A DNA stretch of 64,000 bases from Acidimicrobiia bacterium (lineage in GTDB: Bacteria; Actinomycetota; Acidimicrobiia; Spongiisociales; ZC4RG35), in assembly GCA_965203555.1 (NCBI GenBank), contig CBDBCY010000004.1:544001-608000 (forward strand). The letters run 5' to 3'. The translations under genes were made by a program, and so were the position numbers. Below are positions 18,642-28,098 of this stretch, one piece after another. Positions within the stretch are counted from its first letter, which is position 1, and every line of letters begins with the position of its first letter. The notes below the pieces were generated by a model that made no database searches, had not been told where the DNA came from, and saw nothing but the letters and a program-made list of their open reading frames with translations.

Positions 18642-19457
18642 ATGAAACAAGATATCCACTCCGCCGCACCTGCTCTGGTCATACTGTCCTTCTCCGCCGC
18701 CTCCACTTTCGGTCTTCACCAACTGGGAGATGTGCCCTGGCTCTCTGTCGAATGGTCGAATCTCAGCCAATGGCTCGACGGCACCCCGCCGACCGAGGCT
18801 CTTATCTCCGCCTTCCGGCTGGTTGGCCTGGGGTGCGGATGGTGGATCCTTGTTTCCACCTGTTTCTACCTGCTTGCTCGATTGCGCAGGGCAACGGCTG
18901 CAATGCGCATGGCAACTCTCATCACACCGCCGTTCATTCGCAGCCTGAGCGCCCGGGTAGCTGTGGGCGCCGTGACGGTCACGACCCTGGGAAGCACCCT
19001 CCCGGCCGTTGCCTCCACCGACCACCCTCCGATGACCGGTCAATTCGATTCCCATCCGGTTCCGCTGGGGGTATCGCACCCCCCTCCGGTCGTTACGCAC
19101 CAGGCACCCGAACCCCGCCGCTTCCGATTTCCTCTCCCGTGGTTGAATCCGGTCGAGACCGCCGACCAGCCCATCGAGGCACCGGACATCGCGGAGGGCA
19201 GGATACCTTTTCCCATCCCGTACCATCCCTCCCGCATCGCACCTGCCGACAGCTACCGGATCGTGGCGGGAGACAACCTGTGGAGCATCGCCCGGCGGGT
19301 GCTGTCCCAAGCGATGGATCATCACCCCACCACCGAACAAATCACCTCCTATTGGGTGGATCTGATCGAGGCCAATCGGGAGAACATTTCGTCCGAAGAC
19401 CCCGACCTCATCTATCCCGGCGAGCGAATCCTGCTCCCCGACATTCGCAAAGTCTGA
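18642..19457 (+). CDS. Membrane-anchored LysM-domain protein
   Basis: N-terminal TM segments, Pro-rich linker, C-terminal YRIVAGDNLWSIA...DPDLIYPGERILLP. Confidence 0.85.
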   Translation: MKQDIHSAAPALVILSFSAASTFGLHQLGDVPWLSVEWSNLSQWLDGTPPTEALISAFRLVGLGCGWWILVSTCFYLLARLRRATAAMRMATLITPPFIRSLSARVAVGAVTVTTLGSTLPAVASTDHPPMTGQFDSHPVPLGVSHPPPVVTHQAPEPRRFRFPLPWLNPVETADQPIEAPDIAEGRIPFPIPYHPSRIAPADSYRIVAGDNLWSIARRVLSQAMDHHPTTEQITSYWVDLIEANRENISSEDPDLIYPGERILLPDIRKV

Positions 19458-19847
19458 CGGAACATCCCACTCCGCTTCCAGCGCCACCCCATGCCGTTGG
19501 ATGATAACTTCGATACCTCGACTAATGGACCGTCGACCCGACCAGTCCTTCAGGCACGAAACAACGCTACTAAATCGCGAAAAAACACTTCAGATTCTGG
19601 GCTCAGTGCCCACCCCCACCACCACCGCCATTTGGTCAAGACACGCTTCGGCCAGTCTCGAGGTGGGACCTTTCTGCAATATTTGTCCCGTGGTCGGCCC
19701 GATTGACGTCCTATCGGGCCGATTCGGTGGATCTTCTGTCTCTCGCATCAATATGCAGTACGGGCGGGACGTAATTCAAATACGGACCAGGGCTTTTCTT
19801 ACCAGGTTCATCGTTCGGGAGTAGGCGGGCGACCAGGACGGACGCCT

Positions 19848-20252
19848 CTAGCCGGGAAGGAAACTCATCCTGATTTTTCTCACCGGATTATCCCGATTGG
19901 GGTCAACCAGGAGCACTGATTGCCATACGCCCAGCGCCGGGCGCCCCTCCAGGACCGGAAGCACCAGGCTGGGAGAGACCAAAGCCGGCATCACATGATC
20001 CCCTCCGTGACCCGGGGAGCCATGCCGGTGACGCCAATCCCCCCTGCGGGGCAGGATCCTCTCCAGAACCGTCATCAGGTCTCGATCGCTTCCCGCCCCG
20101 ACTTCGATCACCGCCAGGCCGCAGGTGGAATGGGGTGTGAAAACCGACAACAATCCGTCGCCGCGGGAGCGGCAGAACTCCAAAACCTGCGATGTCAGAT
20201 CGACTACCGCCGGTCGCCCACCGGTGCGGACTTCTAATACCCGTGTGTCCAT
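19848..20252 (-). CDS. YjbQ/UPF0047-family protein
   Basis: PHSTCG, HRHGSPGHG.DH, LGVWQS. Confidence 0.88.
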   Translation of the reverse strand: MDTRVLEVRTGGRPAVVDLTSQVLEFCRSRGDGLLSVFTPHSTCGLAVIEVGAGSDRDLMTVLERILPRRGDWRHRHGSPGHGGDHVMPALVSPSLVLPVLEGRPALGVWQSVLLVDPNRDNPVRKIRMSFLPG

Positions 20253-20259
20253 AACTGTT

Positions 20260-21231
20260 TCAGAAGTTCTCACCCAAGAATATCTTGCTGACCGAATCAT
20301 CGGTGAATATGGCCTGCACCGACTTGGCCACTATCGAGGCAATGGACAGCACTTTCAGATTCCCGGCCATGGTGGCTTCCTCGGGGACCGGGAGGGTATT
20401 GGTCACCACCACCTCATCTATTCCCGCCGCGGTGATGCGTTCCATCGCCCTGCTGGACAGGACCCCGTGCGTTGCGGCAATGCGTACCGACTTGGCGCCC
20501 ATCCGGCGGATCAGTTCCGCAGCGTTGCCCACAGTTCCCCCGGTGTCGATTATGTCGTCCACGATCACGGCGTGGCGATTCTCCACCACCCCGGTAACCG
20601 CCAGCGCCTCGGAGATGTTGTGGCGATGGACGTCCCGTCGCTTGTAGACCAAAGCCACGTCGGCGTCCAACTGCCGAGCATATTTCTCAGCCCTTTTACC
20701 ACCGCCGGCGTCGGGAGAAACGATGGTCACGTCCTCGCTGATCACCGTCGACAGATATTCGCTGATGATGGGTATGGCCGTGAGGTGATCGAAGGGCTTG
20801 GTGATGAACCCCTGCAACTGCCCGGTGTGAAGATCCACCGAAACCAGCCGGTCGGCGCCCGCCGACATGAAGAGGTCGCCGACCAACCTGGCGGTGATGG
20901 GCTCGCGGGGCAGCACCTTCTTGTCCTGCCGGCAGTACCCGTAGTAAGGCATCACCGCTGTGATCGAATGGGCGGAGGCGCGGCGCAGCGCGTCGATGAT
21001 GATCAGTTGCTCCATGATGGCGTCGTTGATGGGAGGTGAGTGGCTCTGGAAGACGAAGCAGTCCGTGCCTCTCACGCTCTCATTGGACCGTGCGTACACC
21101 TCCCCGCTGGAAAAGGTGGATCTGCGCAACCGTCCCAGTGACACTCCGAGCAGGTCCGCCACCTCCTGCGCGAGTTCCAGATTGTGGCTACCGGAGAAGA
21201 TCCGCATCTGCTTGAAGTGCGCTATGTCCAT
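20260..21231 (-). CDS. prs: Ribose-phosphate pyrophosphokinase
   Basis: PYYGYCRQDKK, DLH, VSPDAGG, VDDIIDTGGT, ATHG. Confidence 0.97.
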   Translation of the reverse strand: MDIAHFKQMRIFSGSHNLELAQEVADLLGVSLGRLRRSTFSSGEVYARSNESVRGTDCFVFQSHSPPINDAIMEQLIIIDALRRASAHSITAVMPYYGYCRQDKKVLPREPITARLVGDLFMSAGADRLVSVDLHTGQLQGFITKPFDHLTAIPIISEYLSTVISEDVTIVSPDAGGGKRAEKYARQLDADVALVYKRRDVHRHNISEALAVTGVVENRHAVIVDDIIDTGGTVGNAAELIRRMGAKSVRIAATHGVLSSRAMERITAAGIDEVVVTNTLPVPEEATMAGNLKVLSIASIVAKSVQAIFTDDSVSKIFLGENF

Positions 21232-21244
21232 TCAGGTTTCTCCA

Positions 21245-22687
21245 CTAGCCACCGCTCGCCGAATCGGAATCCTCAGACGAAGTTTGCCCTGCGTTTTCCT
21301 GACGGTAGCGCGCCGCTCGCCTCGCCGCATAACCGGGGAGAGTCTTCTGCGGGGACCGTTCAACCGCCAGCGCTCCCGGCTCCACCGGTCGGGTGATGGT
21401 GGAGCCGGCCCCCGTCCATCCCTCCTCCCCGACTTCCACCGGCGCCACCAGCACCGTGTTCGAGCCGATCTGAGCCCCGGGGCCGATGACGGTACGGTGC
21501 TTTCGGTAACCGTCGTAGTTGGCGGTGATAGTCCCCGCCCCGATGTTGGCGCGCTCACCGACGTCGGTGTCCCCCACATAGGAGAGATGGGGCGCCTTGG
21601 CGCCTTCTCCCAGGCGGCTGTTCTTGATTTCGACGAAAGAGCCCGCCTTGGCCTCCCGCTCTATCCGGGTGCCGGGACGCAGTGACGCATAGGGCCCGAC
21701 CCGGACGTCCGCGCCTATCACTGACTCACGCACCACCGAATACCAAACCCGGGAACCGGATCCGATGGTGCTGTCGCGGACATAACTGTCGGGTCCCACA
21801 ACTGCCCCATCCCCCACTTTCACCTTTCCTTCCAGGTGAACGCCCGCGTGCAACTTCACCCCGGGGGCGAGTCTCACATCCGCATCGACATATGTCCTCT
21901 CCGGATCGGCCATCCACACCCCGGCCAGCATGTGACGTTGAAGTATCCGGCGTCTCATCCAGGTCGCCACCTCCGCCAACTGCGCCTGATCGTTCACCCC
22001 CAGCGCCTCGTGGAAAGGAATGGGCATGGCGGTCACCAACAGTCCGTCAGCCACCATCAAACCGATCACATCGGGCAGGTAGTACTCACCCTGCCGGTTG
22101 CCGACCCCGATCCGCCCCAGCGCATCCCGTAACGGTCCGGCCTCGAAGACATAGAGACTGGTGTTGACCTCCCTTAATCTTCTTTGATCGGGGGTGGCGT
22201 CGACATGCTCCACCACTCCTTCAACCTGCCCTTCCGAATCGCGCAACACCCTTCCATAGCCGGTGGGATCATCCACTTCGGCGGTGAGCATGACCGCTGC
22301 TGCTCCCCGGCTGCAGCGCCTCTCGATAGCCCCGGTGATCGACTCCGCAGTGAGGAGAGGCACGTCCCCGGGTAGCACCGCCACCGCCGCGCCGTCCGGA
22401 AGGTCACCCAGCGCCTCCATCCCCAAGGAGGCCGCCTGCCCGGTCCCCCGCCGCTGCGGTTGGTGGCAGGTTTCGACCCCGGATGGCAGGATGGATCTCA
22501 CTCGGCGCGCGCCCGCTCCGACCACCACCATCATCCGCTCGGGGCGGGTGGCGGCGGCTGCTTCCACGATCCAGGACAGGATCGGCCGGCCTGCCACCGG
22601 ATGAAGCACTTTGGGGATGTCAGAACGCATACGAACGCCCTCACCGGCCGCCATGATTATCGCCGCATGGCTCATTGTCTTCTCCAA
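21245..22687 (-). CDS. glmU: Bifunctional GlmU
   Basis: AAGEGVRMRS.IPKVLH, GYGRV, hexapeptide repeats, HLSYVGD, NYDG. Confidence 0.97.
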   Translation of the reverse strand: MEKTMSHAAIIMAAGEGVRMRSDIPKVLHPVAGRPILSWIVEAAAATRPERMMVVVGAGARRVRSILPSGVETCHQPQRRGTGQAASLGMEALGDLPDGAAVAVLPGDVPLLTAESITGAIERRCSRGAAAVMLTAEVDDPTGYGRVLRDSEGQVEGVVEHVDATPDQRRLREVNTSLYVFEAGPLRDALGRIGVGNRQGEYYLPDVIGLMVADGLLVTAMPIPFHEALGVNDQAQLAEVATWMRRRILQRHMLAGVWMADPERTYVDADVRLAPGVKLHAGVHLEGKVKVGDGAVVGPDSYVRDSTIGSGSRVWYSVVRESVIGADVRVGPYASLRPGTRIEREAKAGSFVEIKNSRLGEGAKAPHLSYVGDTDVGERANIGAGTITANYDGYRKHRTVIGPGAQIGSNTVLVAPVEVGEEGWTGAGSTITRPVEPGALAVERSPQKTLPGYAARRAARYRQENAGQTSSEDSDSASGG

Positions 22688-22711
22688 GTCATGTCATCGC
22701 AGACGCGGCCC

Positions 22712-22786
22712 TGGCTGGGGGGATAGGACTTGAACCCATACCGGCGGGACCAAAACCCGCTGTGCTGCCGGTTACACCACCCCCCA
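22712..22786 (-). tRNA. tRNA-Gln(TTG)
   Basis: TGGGGGG..GCGGG-TTTTGGT-CCCGC..GGTTCAAGTCC..CCCCCCAGCCA; usual position upstream of glmU. Confidence 0.95.
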
Positions 22787-22816
22787 TCGGGAAAGAAGGG
22801 CACATCGCCCCCTAGG

Positions 22817-23671
22817 TTACCTGCTCGTCTCCGTGGGACCGCCGGAAAACAGGTCCGCCCCCACCGTTGTCGCGAACAGGTTCTCCACCTGCTCCGAAGC
22901 CGATCTTGCCTCCTCTTCATCCATGAAATATCCGAACAGTGAGGGTCCGCTGCCCGACATGGCCACCGGTCTCCCCCACTCTCGTGAAAGCAGATGCATC
23001 GCATCACCCAGTTCGGGACGCGCCCGGAGAGCGGCAGGTTGCAGATCGTTGCGAAAAGGCATCGAGCGGCGCAACGGCGGAGGCAGAGCCGCCGAAGGAA
23101 ACTCCGATCCCCGCGGTCCCTCCAGATGGTCCCACATTCGATAGACGTCAGCAGTGAGCAGGGGAAAGTCGGGTACGGCCACTGCCAGGGCAAAGCCTGA
23201 CAGGGAGGAAAAGGGAGAGACTCTTTCCCCGAAGCCCTCCACCCACAGGCTTCCCCCCCGAAGCGCCGCCGGCACATCGGACCCGATGTCCGGGGCCACC
23301 CGCCGAAGAACCCGTGGATCAAGGTCGAGCATCCTTCCCAACGCCGCCAGCATCGTCGCCGCATCGGCGCTGCCTCCTCCCAGGCCGGCCGCCACCGGGA
23401 CCCGCTTGTCGAGATGGACCCGGAGGGGAGGGCGGGCGATGTCGGTGCCCGTTTCCAATGCCTCCACCGCCATCCACACCAGGTTCTCACGGCCGGCGGG
23501 AAGTTCGGCGCCCTCGATCTCCAAATGGTCATCCTCTCCCTGCGTGACAGTCAGCCGATCGCCCCAGTACAGGGTCTGCGTCAGGGACCGGATCGGATGG
23601 AGCCCCCCAGCCGCTATGGACCCCACCATCAGGGTGAGATTCACCTTGGCGGGCGCCAGCCAGGCGGTCAT
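22817..23671 (-). CDS. ispE: 4-diphosphocytidyl-2-C-methyl-D-erythritol kinase
   Basis: APAKVNL, PVAAGLGGGSADAA, GSDVP, MSGSGP. Confidence 0.95.
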   Translation of the reverse strand: MTAWLAPAKVNLTLMVGSIAAGGLHPIRSLTQTLYWGDRLTVTQGEDDHLEIEGAELPAGRENLVWMAVEALETGTDIARPPLRVHLDKRVPVAAGLGGGSADAATMLAALGRMLDLDPRVLRRVAPDIGSDVPAALRGGSLWVEGFGERVSPFSSLSGFALAVAVPDFPLLTADVYRMWDHLEGPRGSEFPSAALPPPLRRSMPFRNDLQPAALRARPELGDAMHLLSREWGRPVAMSGSGPSLFGYFMDEEEARSASEQVENLFATTVGADLFSGGPTETSR

Positions 23672-24501
23672 TTGCCCGACCCCCAAACTCGCGCCGCGCC
23701 GGCCAATCGCAGGAAGGCGCCCGGAGAAAGCGTCTCGGGTCGGTCCTGCGGAGAAATCCCCGCCGCGGCCAGCACCTGTTCGGGAGCGGCCAGGTGCGAC
23801 CCCAAGGAGCGCCGCAGCATCTTGCGCCGCTTGCCGAAAGCAGCCGACGCCAGGGACACGGCCAGACCGGCATCGGGATGGGGATCGGTCCTCCGCAATT
23901 GCACCACCGAGGAGAAGACCTCGGGGCGCGGAAAGAACACCTGGGGAGGAACGTCGAAGGCCCGCCGCATTCGGGTGTACAGCCCGGCTATCACCGAAGG
24001 AAGACCGTATTCCCGGCTTCCGGGACCAGCCAGGAGACGTAGCACCACCTCCCGCTGCAGCATCACCGTGTAACCGACGACGGCGGGAACGTGTTGGATC
24101 ATCTCCAGCACCAACGGAGTGCCGACCCCATAGGGAAGATTGGAGACCATCACCCACTCCCCTCCCCGAAGAGTCCGGTTCCAATCGACTTTCATGGCGT
24201 CTTCCATCCGGATCACAACCCGGTCGCCGACGGCCGCCACCGTCTCCGCCAGAACAGGAGCAAGGCGGCGGTCGATCTCGTAAGCCAGCACCGAGGCGCC
24301 GGTCTCCGCCAGGGCGGCAGTCAGGTTTCCCACCCCCGCTCCCACTTCCAGCACCCGGTCGGTGGGACCCACTCTCGCGGTTTTCACCATCTTGTTCACC
24401 AGGTTGACATCGGTAAGAAAGTGCTGGCCCAGCCTGCGGGAAGGACTGATCCCATGACGGGTCAGCAGATCGGACAAGCCCGAAGGGGTAATGGCGGTCA
24501 A
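23668..24501 (-). CDS. rsmA: 16S rRNA dimethyltransferase KsgA
   Basis: LGQHFL, LEVGAGVG, NLPY, MLQREV, FFPRP. Confidence 0.93.
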   Translation of the reverse strand: MTAITPSGLSDLLTRHGISPSRRLGQHFLTDVNLVNKMVKTARVGPTDRVLEVGAGVGNLTAALAETGASVLAYEIDRRLAPVLAETVAAVGDRVVIRMEDAMKVDWNRTLRGGEWVMVSNLPYGVGTPLVLEMIQHVPAVVGYTVMLQREVVLRLLAGPGSREYGLPSVIAGLYTRMRRAFDVPPQVFFPRPEVFSSVVQLRRTDPHPDAGLAVSLASAAFGKRRKMLRRSLGSHLAAPEQVLAAAGISPQDRPETLSPGAFLRLAGAARVWGSGK

Positions 24502-25280
24502 CTTTCTCCACCTTCTCGGTAGCCGAAGGTCCGCCGGGCGTTGGCGGTGGTGATCCGGGCCACTTCGGTCGAGTCCATGCCCCACACCTTGCCCAGGGCC
24601 CGGCCCACCAGCGCCACCCAGGCCGGCTCGTTGGGCTTTCCCCGATGGGGAGGAGGGGTCAGATAGGGGGTGTCGGTCTCCACCAGGGCGCGGGAGGGTG
24701 GTACGATCGCCGCCGCTCTTCTCACCGTGTCGCCGTTGGGAAACGCAACCGGCCCGGCAAAGGAAAACCGCACCCCCAATCCCAAGAACCGGCGGGTCCA
24801 TCTGGGACCACCCGTCCAGCAGTGCATCACCGTAAAATGACCGGCCGCGGTCTGCTCCAACAGCCGGTAGACATCCGCAAACGCATCCCGGCAGTGGACG
24901 ACCAGCGGCTTGCGCAGTTCGGCAGCCAACTCGATCTGGGAACGAAAAGACTCCAATTGGTGATGTCGAGAAGAGAGATTGCGGTAGAAGTCCAGTCCCG
25001 TCTCCCCCACCGCCGCCGCCTGCCGAGCCGCTTCGGCAATACCATTCCCCTGCTGCGGCCAGCGGTCCGCCACATGGGGATGTAATCCGGCCGCAGCCAG
25101 CACCCGTCCCCGATGCCGGTCGGCCAGGAGGAGAGCCGCCCGTGACGACTCCAGGTCCACCCCGGGCGCCACCACCCAATCAACCGCGGTAGCCCGGTCG
25201 AGCAGTTGCTCCGGAGGCCGTCCATCCAACTGCAGATGGCAATGGGTGTCCACCCAGCGCGCATCGGTAGAGGAACCCAC
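24498..25280 (-). CDS. tatD: TatD-family hydrolase
   Basis: DTHCH, GLHP, GETGLD, HCR, HCW, ETDTP. Confidence 0.93.
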   Translation of the reverse strand: MGSSTDARWVDTHCHLQLDGRPPEQLLDRATAVDWVVAPGVDLESSRAALLLADRHRGRVLAAAGLHPHVADRWPQQGNGIAEAARQAAAVGETGLDFYRNLSSRHHQLESFRSQIELAAELRKPLVVHCRDAFADVYRLLEQTAAGHFTVMHCWTGGPRWTRRFLGLGVRFSFAGPVAFPNGDTVRRAAAIVPPSRALVETDTPYLTPPPHRGKPNEPAWVALVGRALGKVWGMDSTEVARITTANARRTFGYREGGES

Positions 25281-25301
25281 CGCCTTTACCGTATCCTGCA
25301 G

Positions 25302-26138
25302 CTACCCATGCGCCAACCGGTACAGGTCCCGGCGAGGGACATCGAGCAGTCTGGACACTTCTCGCACGGCCGCAGAAGTGGGCAGGCCGGCGGTGACCAG
25401 GCGCTCGACCGCTTCGGTGGCTCTCGCCATCCGCACCGAGATCCGATCCTCGGCCCGAGGATCGGCGCCACCCACTACCAGGGTGAACTCGCCCTGTGGG
25501 GAACGGGCGTCCCACTCCCGGCAGGCTTGCGAGATTGTGCCGCGCCAGATTTCCTCGTGGAGTTTGGTGAGTTCCCGGACCACCGTGATCGGACGCTTTC
25601 CCATCCCCGCCGCGGCCAGATCGTCCAGGTCGTCCAGTAGACGATGGGGAGAAGAGAACAGCACCACTGTCTCCACGGACCGGGACAGCACTTCGACACG
25701 CCGCGCCCGCTTCTCGCCGGAGCGCGGTAGAAAGCCCTCGAACGCAAACCGGCCGGCCGCCAGTCCCGAAACGGCCACCGCGGCGGTCACCGCGCTCGGC
25801 CCGGGAACGATGGTTACCGCCGCCCCTTCCGCAACGGCGGCTCTCACCGCCGGCAATCCCGGATCGGAGATGCTCGGAGTCCCCGCGTCGGTCACCAACG
25901 CCACGGTCTCTCCCGACGCCAGCCGGCCCGCCAGTTCGGCGGTGCGGGAGTCTTCATTTCCGGCGAAAAAGGACCGCAGTCGGCGGGGCGTCACTCCCAG
26001 GGCTTCGAACAGCCTCCCCGACCGGCGGGTGTCCTCCGCGTACACGCAGTCGGCGGCGGAAATCGCTTCCGCCAACCGGGGCGGAGCATCGGCCAGATTG
26101 CCGATCGGGGTCCCGCACAGAATCAGCAGACCGGCCAC
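25302..26138 (-). CDS. rsmI: 16S rRNA C1402 2'-O-methyltransferase
   Basis: TPIGNL, AEDTR, DAGTPSISDPG, PGPSA, RELTKLHEE. Confidence 0.95.
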   Translation of the reverse strand: MAGLLILCGTPIGNLADAPPRLAEAISAADCVYAEDTRRSGRLFEALGVTPRRLRSFFAGNEDSRTAELAGRLASGETVALVTDAGTPSISDPGLPAVRAAVAEGAAVTIVPGPSAVTAAVAVSGLAAGRFAFEGFLPRSGEKRARRVEVLSRSVETVVLFSSPHRLLDDLDDLAAAGMGKRPITVVRELTKLHEEIWRGTISQACREWDARSPQGEFTLVVGGADPRAEDRISVRMARATEAVERLVTAGLPTSAAVREVSRLLDVPRRDLYRLAHG

Positions 26139-26458
26139 GGCTCAAGGCCGTCCTTCCAGGCAAGAACCCAGCCCGCCTGGGGCGGAACCCGGCCATGACG
26201 CAGCTCCAACACGGCTTCCGCATCCGCGAAGACCGCCATCCCGCCCGGTCCCAGACTGCGCACCCCCACCACTCGCAGCGCGCCGTCCAGCCCCACTGCC
26301 CACAACTTGGCAACGATGAACATCCCGTGCACGGAACGCCCGGGTATCAGCACGCCCCACCGCCGGGGAACCCCGTGTATCCCCACCAGCCGCTTCCAGA
26401 AGCTGTCAGCCACGGTCACCGGACCCGACCTCCACTCCCCACAATGCAATTCCGCCAC
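26123..26458 (-). CDS. DUF192-like protein
   Basis: ADSFWKRLVG, SVHGMF, AVLEL pattern. Confidence 0.6.
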   Translation of the reverse strand: MAELHCGEWRSGPVTVADSFWKRLVGIHGVPRRWGVLIPGRSVHGMFIVAKLWAVGLDGALRVVGVRSLGPGGMAVFADAEAVLELRHGRVPPQAGWVLAWKDGLEPWPVC

Positions 26459-26461
26459 TTC

Positions 26462-27979
26462 TCAAGGAAGATAAGGGGCAGCCACCGATGGACACACCTG
26501 CGGGTCCGAACAGGCCACCATCACCAGTCCGGCGGGGATGGGAGCGACCAACACGTAGTCCTCTTTCGAGGCCCGAAAACCCAGATCATCCAGTGACCGC
26601 AACTCTCCCACCTTCATTCCCGCCACCGCGTAGTCAGCCAGCAGCCGGGCCAACTCCTCCGTCTCGGCCGGACTGTCCCCGGCGTGCTCCCAAACCAGAA
26701 CCACCTCCCCCTGCCGGTCATATCCGACCAGGCTGCGCCCCCCGCCCCACCCGGTGGCGGCGTCCACCGCAGCATCGGGACCCAGCACCTGCTCGAACAT
26801 GATCAGTATGTCCAAAAAACCCCAGGTGTAGTTGTAGATCTCTTCGTATCCCTGGGGAAGCACCCCGCTCGGTCTCTCCATCTCGATCGGCTCAGTGGAA
26901 GGCGATGGGGCGCCCGCGTAGATCTCCTCGGTGGAGGCAGGGGGATCCAGGTACAAATCGTCCACCGCTTTCCAGCCCCCTTCTCTCCATCGGTTCAACA
27001 CGTATTCGAATCCCTTTTCATAGGGAAAGCGGAGAGCCAATTCCATGAACAGCGGGATGTCCATGTCGGGCGGTTCGAAGTCGGCAAACTCCGCCATGAG
27101 ACGATTTCGCTCCGAGACGTCGAGATTGTTCACGTACACGAACTCGGACAGGGTGGCGTCTCCTTCCACCAGGGCGACCAATCCGGAGGCGGGATCGTAG
27201 AGTTGGGCGTCCACCAACTCCTCCACTCTCGGACCGAAGTCAAAGTGCTGATCGGTCAGGGCATGCACCAATTCATGGACCAGCGTCAAGGTCTCCATTG
27301 CCGTGAACTCTTGGCCGGAGGCGGGAATCACCAGTTCCTTGTCCTCGCTGGAATAGTACCCGGCCACGCTCTGCCCGTACAGTTCTCCGTACAGAGCAGC
27401 CAGATCATCGTCGGGCGCCAATAGGCCCAACAGCTTGAACAGGGCCTCGTCCACCTCGATGTCCTCCAATTCGGACTCCACCTCCATACGGACCCGCTCC
27501 TCGAAGTCCTCGGGGGAGAGGACGACGATGGAGGGCAGGTCTTCGAACTCCAGACCCCTTATCCCTTCGGTGGTCTCCACAGCCTCCCAGATCTGAGCGG
27601 AGATCCCAGGCCCCAAGCCCTCGATAACGGGTGTCCGGGAGGCCGGCGCCGGCTGCGTGGTGGTGGTGTCGGGGACGGTAGCAGGGGAAATGGTGGTTGT
27701 GGTCGACTCCGCCGCCGTGGTGGAGGGCGCAGCCGCGGTGGTAACCGCCCCGGTGGTGGGGGTCGCGGCCGCCGTGGTGGTGGTCGCGGCTGCGGTGCTC
27801 AAAGGCGCCACTGAGGTGGTGACCGTCGATCTCTCGGTACCGGCGCCGGCCCCGGAATCGGCGCCGGGACCGCATGCGGCCAGCACCAGCACCGCCGCCA
27901 GTACCGCCGCGACGTTCACCCCAGGCCGGATTTTACCGTTGGGTCGAAAGAAGTCCTGTCCGGTCATCCTTGGCGCCAC
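26462..27979 (-). CDS. Lipoprotein with HExxH zinc-metalloprotease-like domain
   Basis: LAAC lipobox, Thr/Ala-rich stalk, RGLEF, GYY, VHELVHALTDQHF, EGDA, FPY, STEE, GWGG. Confidence 0.8.
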   Translation of the reverse strand: MAPRMTGQDFFRPNGKIRPGVNVAAVLAAVLVLAACGPGADSGAGAGTERSTVTTSVAPLSTAAATTTTAAATPTTGAVTTAAAPSTTAAESTTTTISPATVPDTTTTQPAPASRTPVIEGLGPGISAQIWEAVETTEGIRGLEFEDLPSIVVLSPEDFEERVRMEVESELEDIEVDEALFKLLGLLAPDDDLAALYGELYGQSVAGYYSSEDKELVIPASGQEFTAMETLTLVHELVHALTDQHFDFGPRVEELVDAQLYDPASGLVALVEGDATLSEFVYVNNLDVSERNRLMAEFADFEPPDMDIPLFMELALRFPYEKGFEYVLNRWREGGWKAVDDLYLDPPASTEEIYAGAPSPSTEPIEMERPSGVLPQGYEEIYNYTWGFLDILIMFEQVLGPDAAVDAATGWGGGRSLVGYDRQGEVVLVWEHAGDSPAETEELARLLADYAVAGMKVGELRSLDDLGFRASKEDYVLVAPIPAGLVMVACSDPQVCPSVAAPYLP

Positions 27980-28098
27980 TCCCGCACGGGTCGCGCCGAT
28001 ATGACTCGCCCCGGAGTGACGGATTTCAACAGCAGCATCTCCAAAAGCCTATCCACGGTGGAGTGCAATGCGACAGGTATACAGCGGCAGCAACCGGG

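Noticed and set aside
22817-24511. 564-aa ORF suggesting an N-terminally extended or fused IspE
   Set aside because: The upstream part is an off-frame read of rsmA; IspE motifs begin at ATG 23671.
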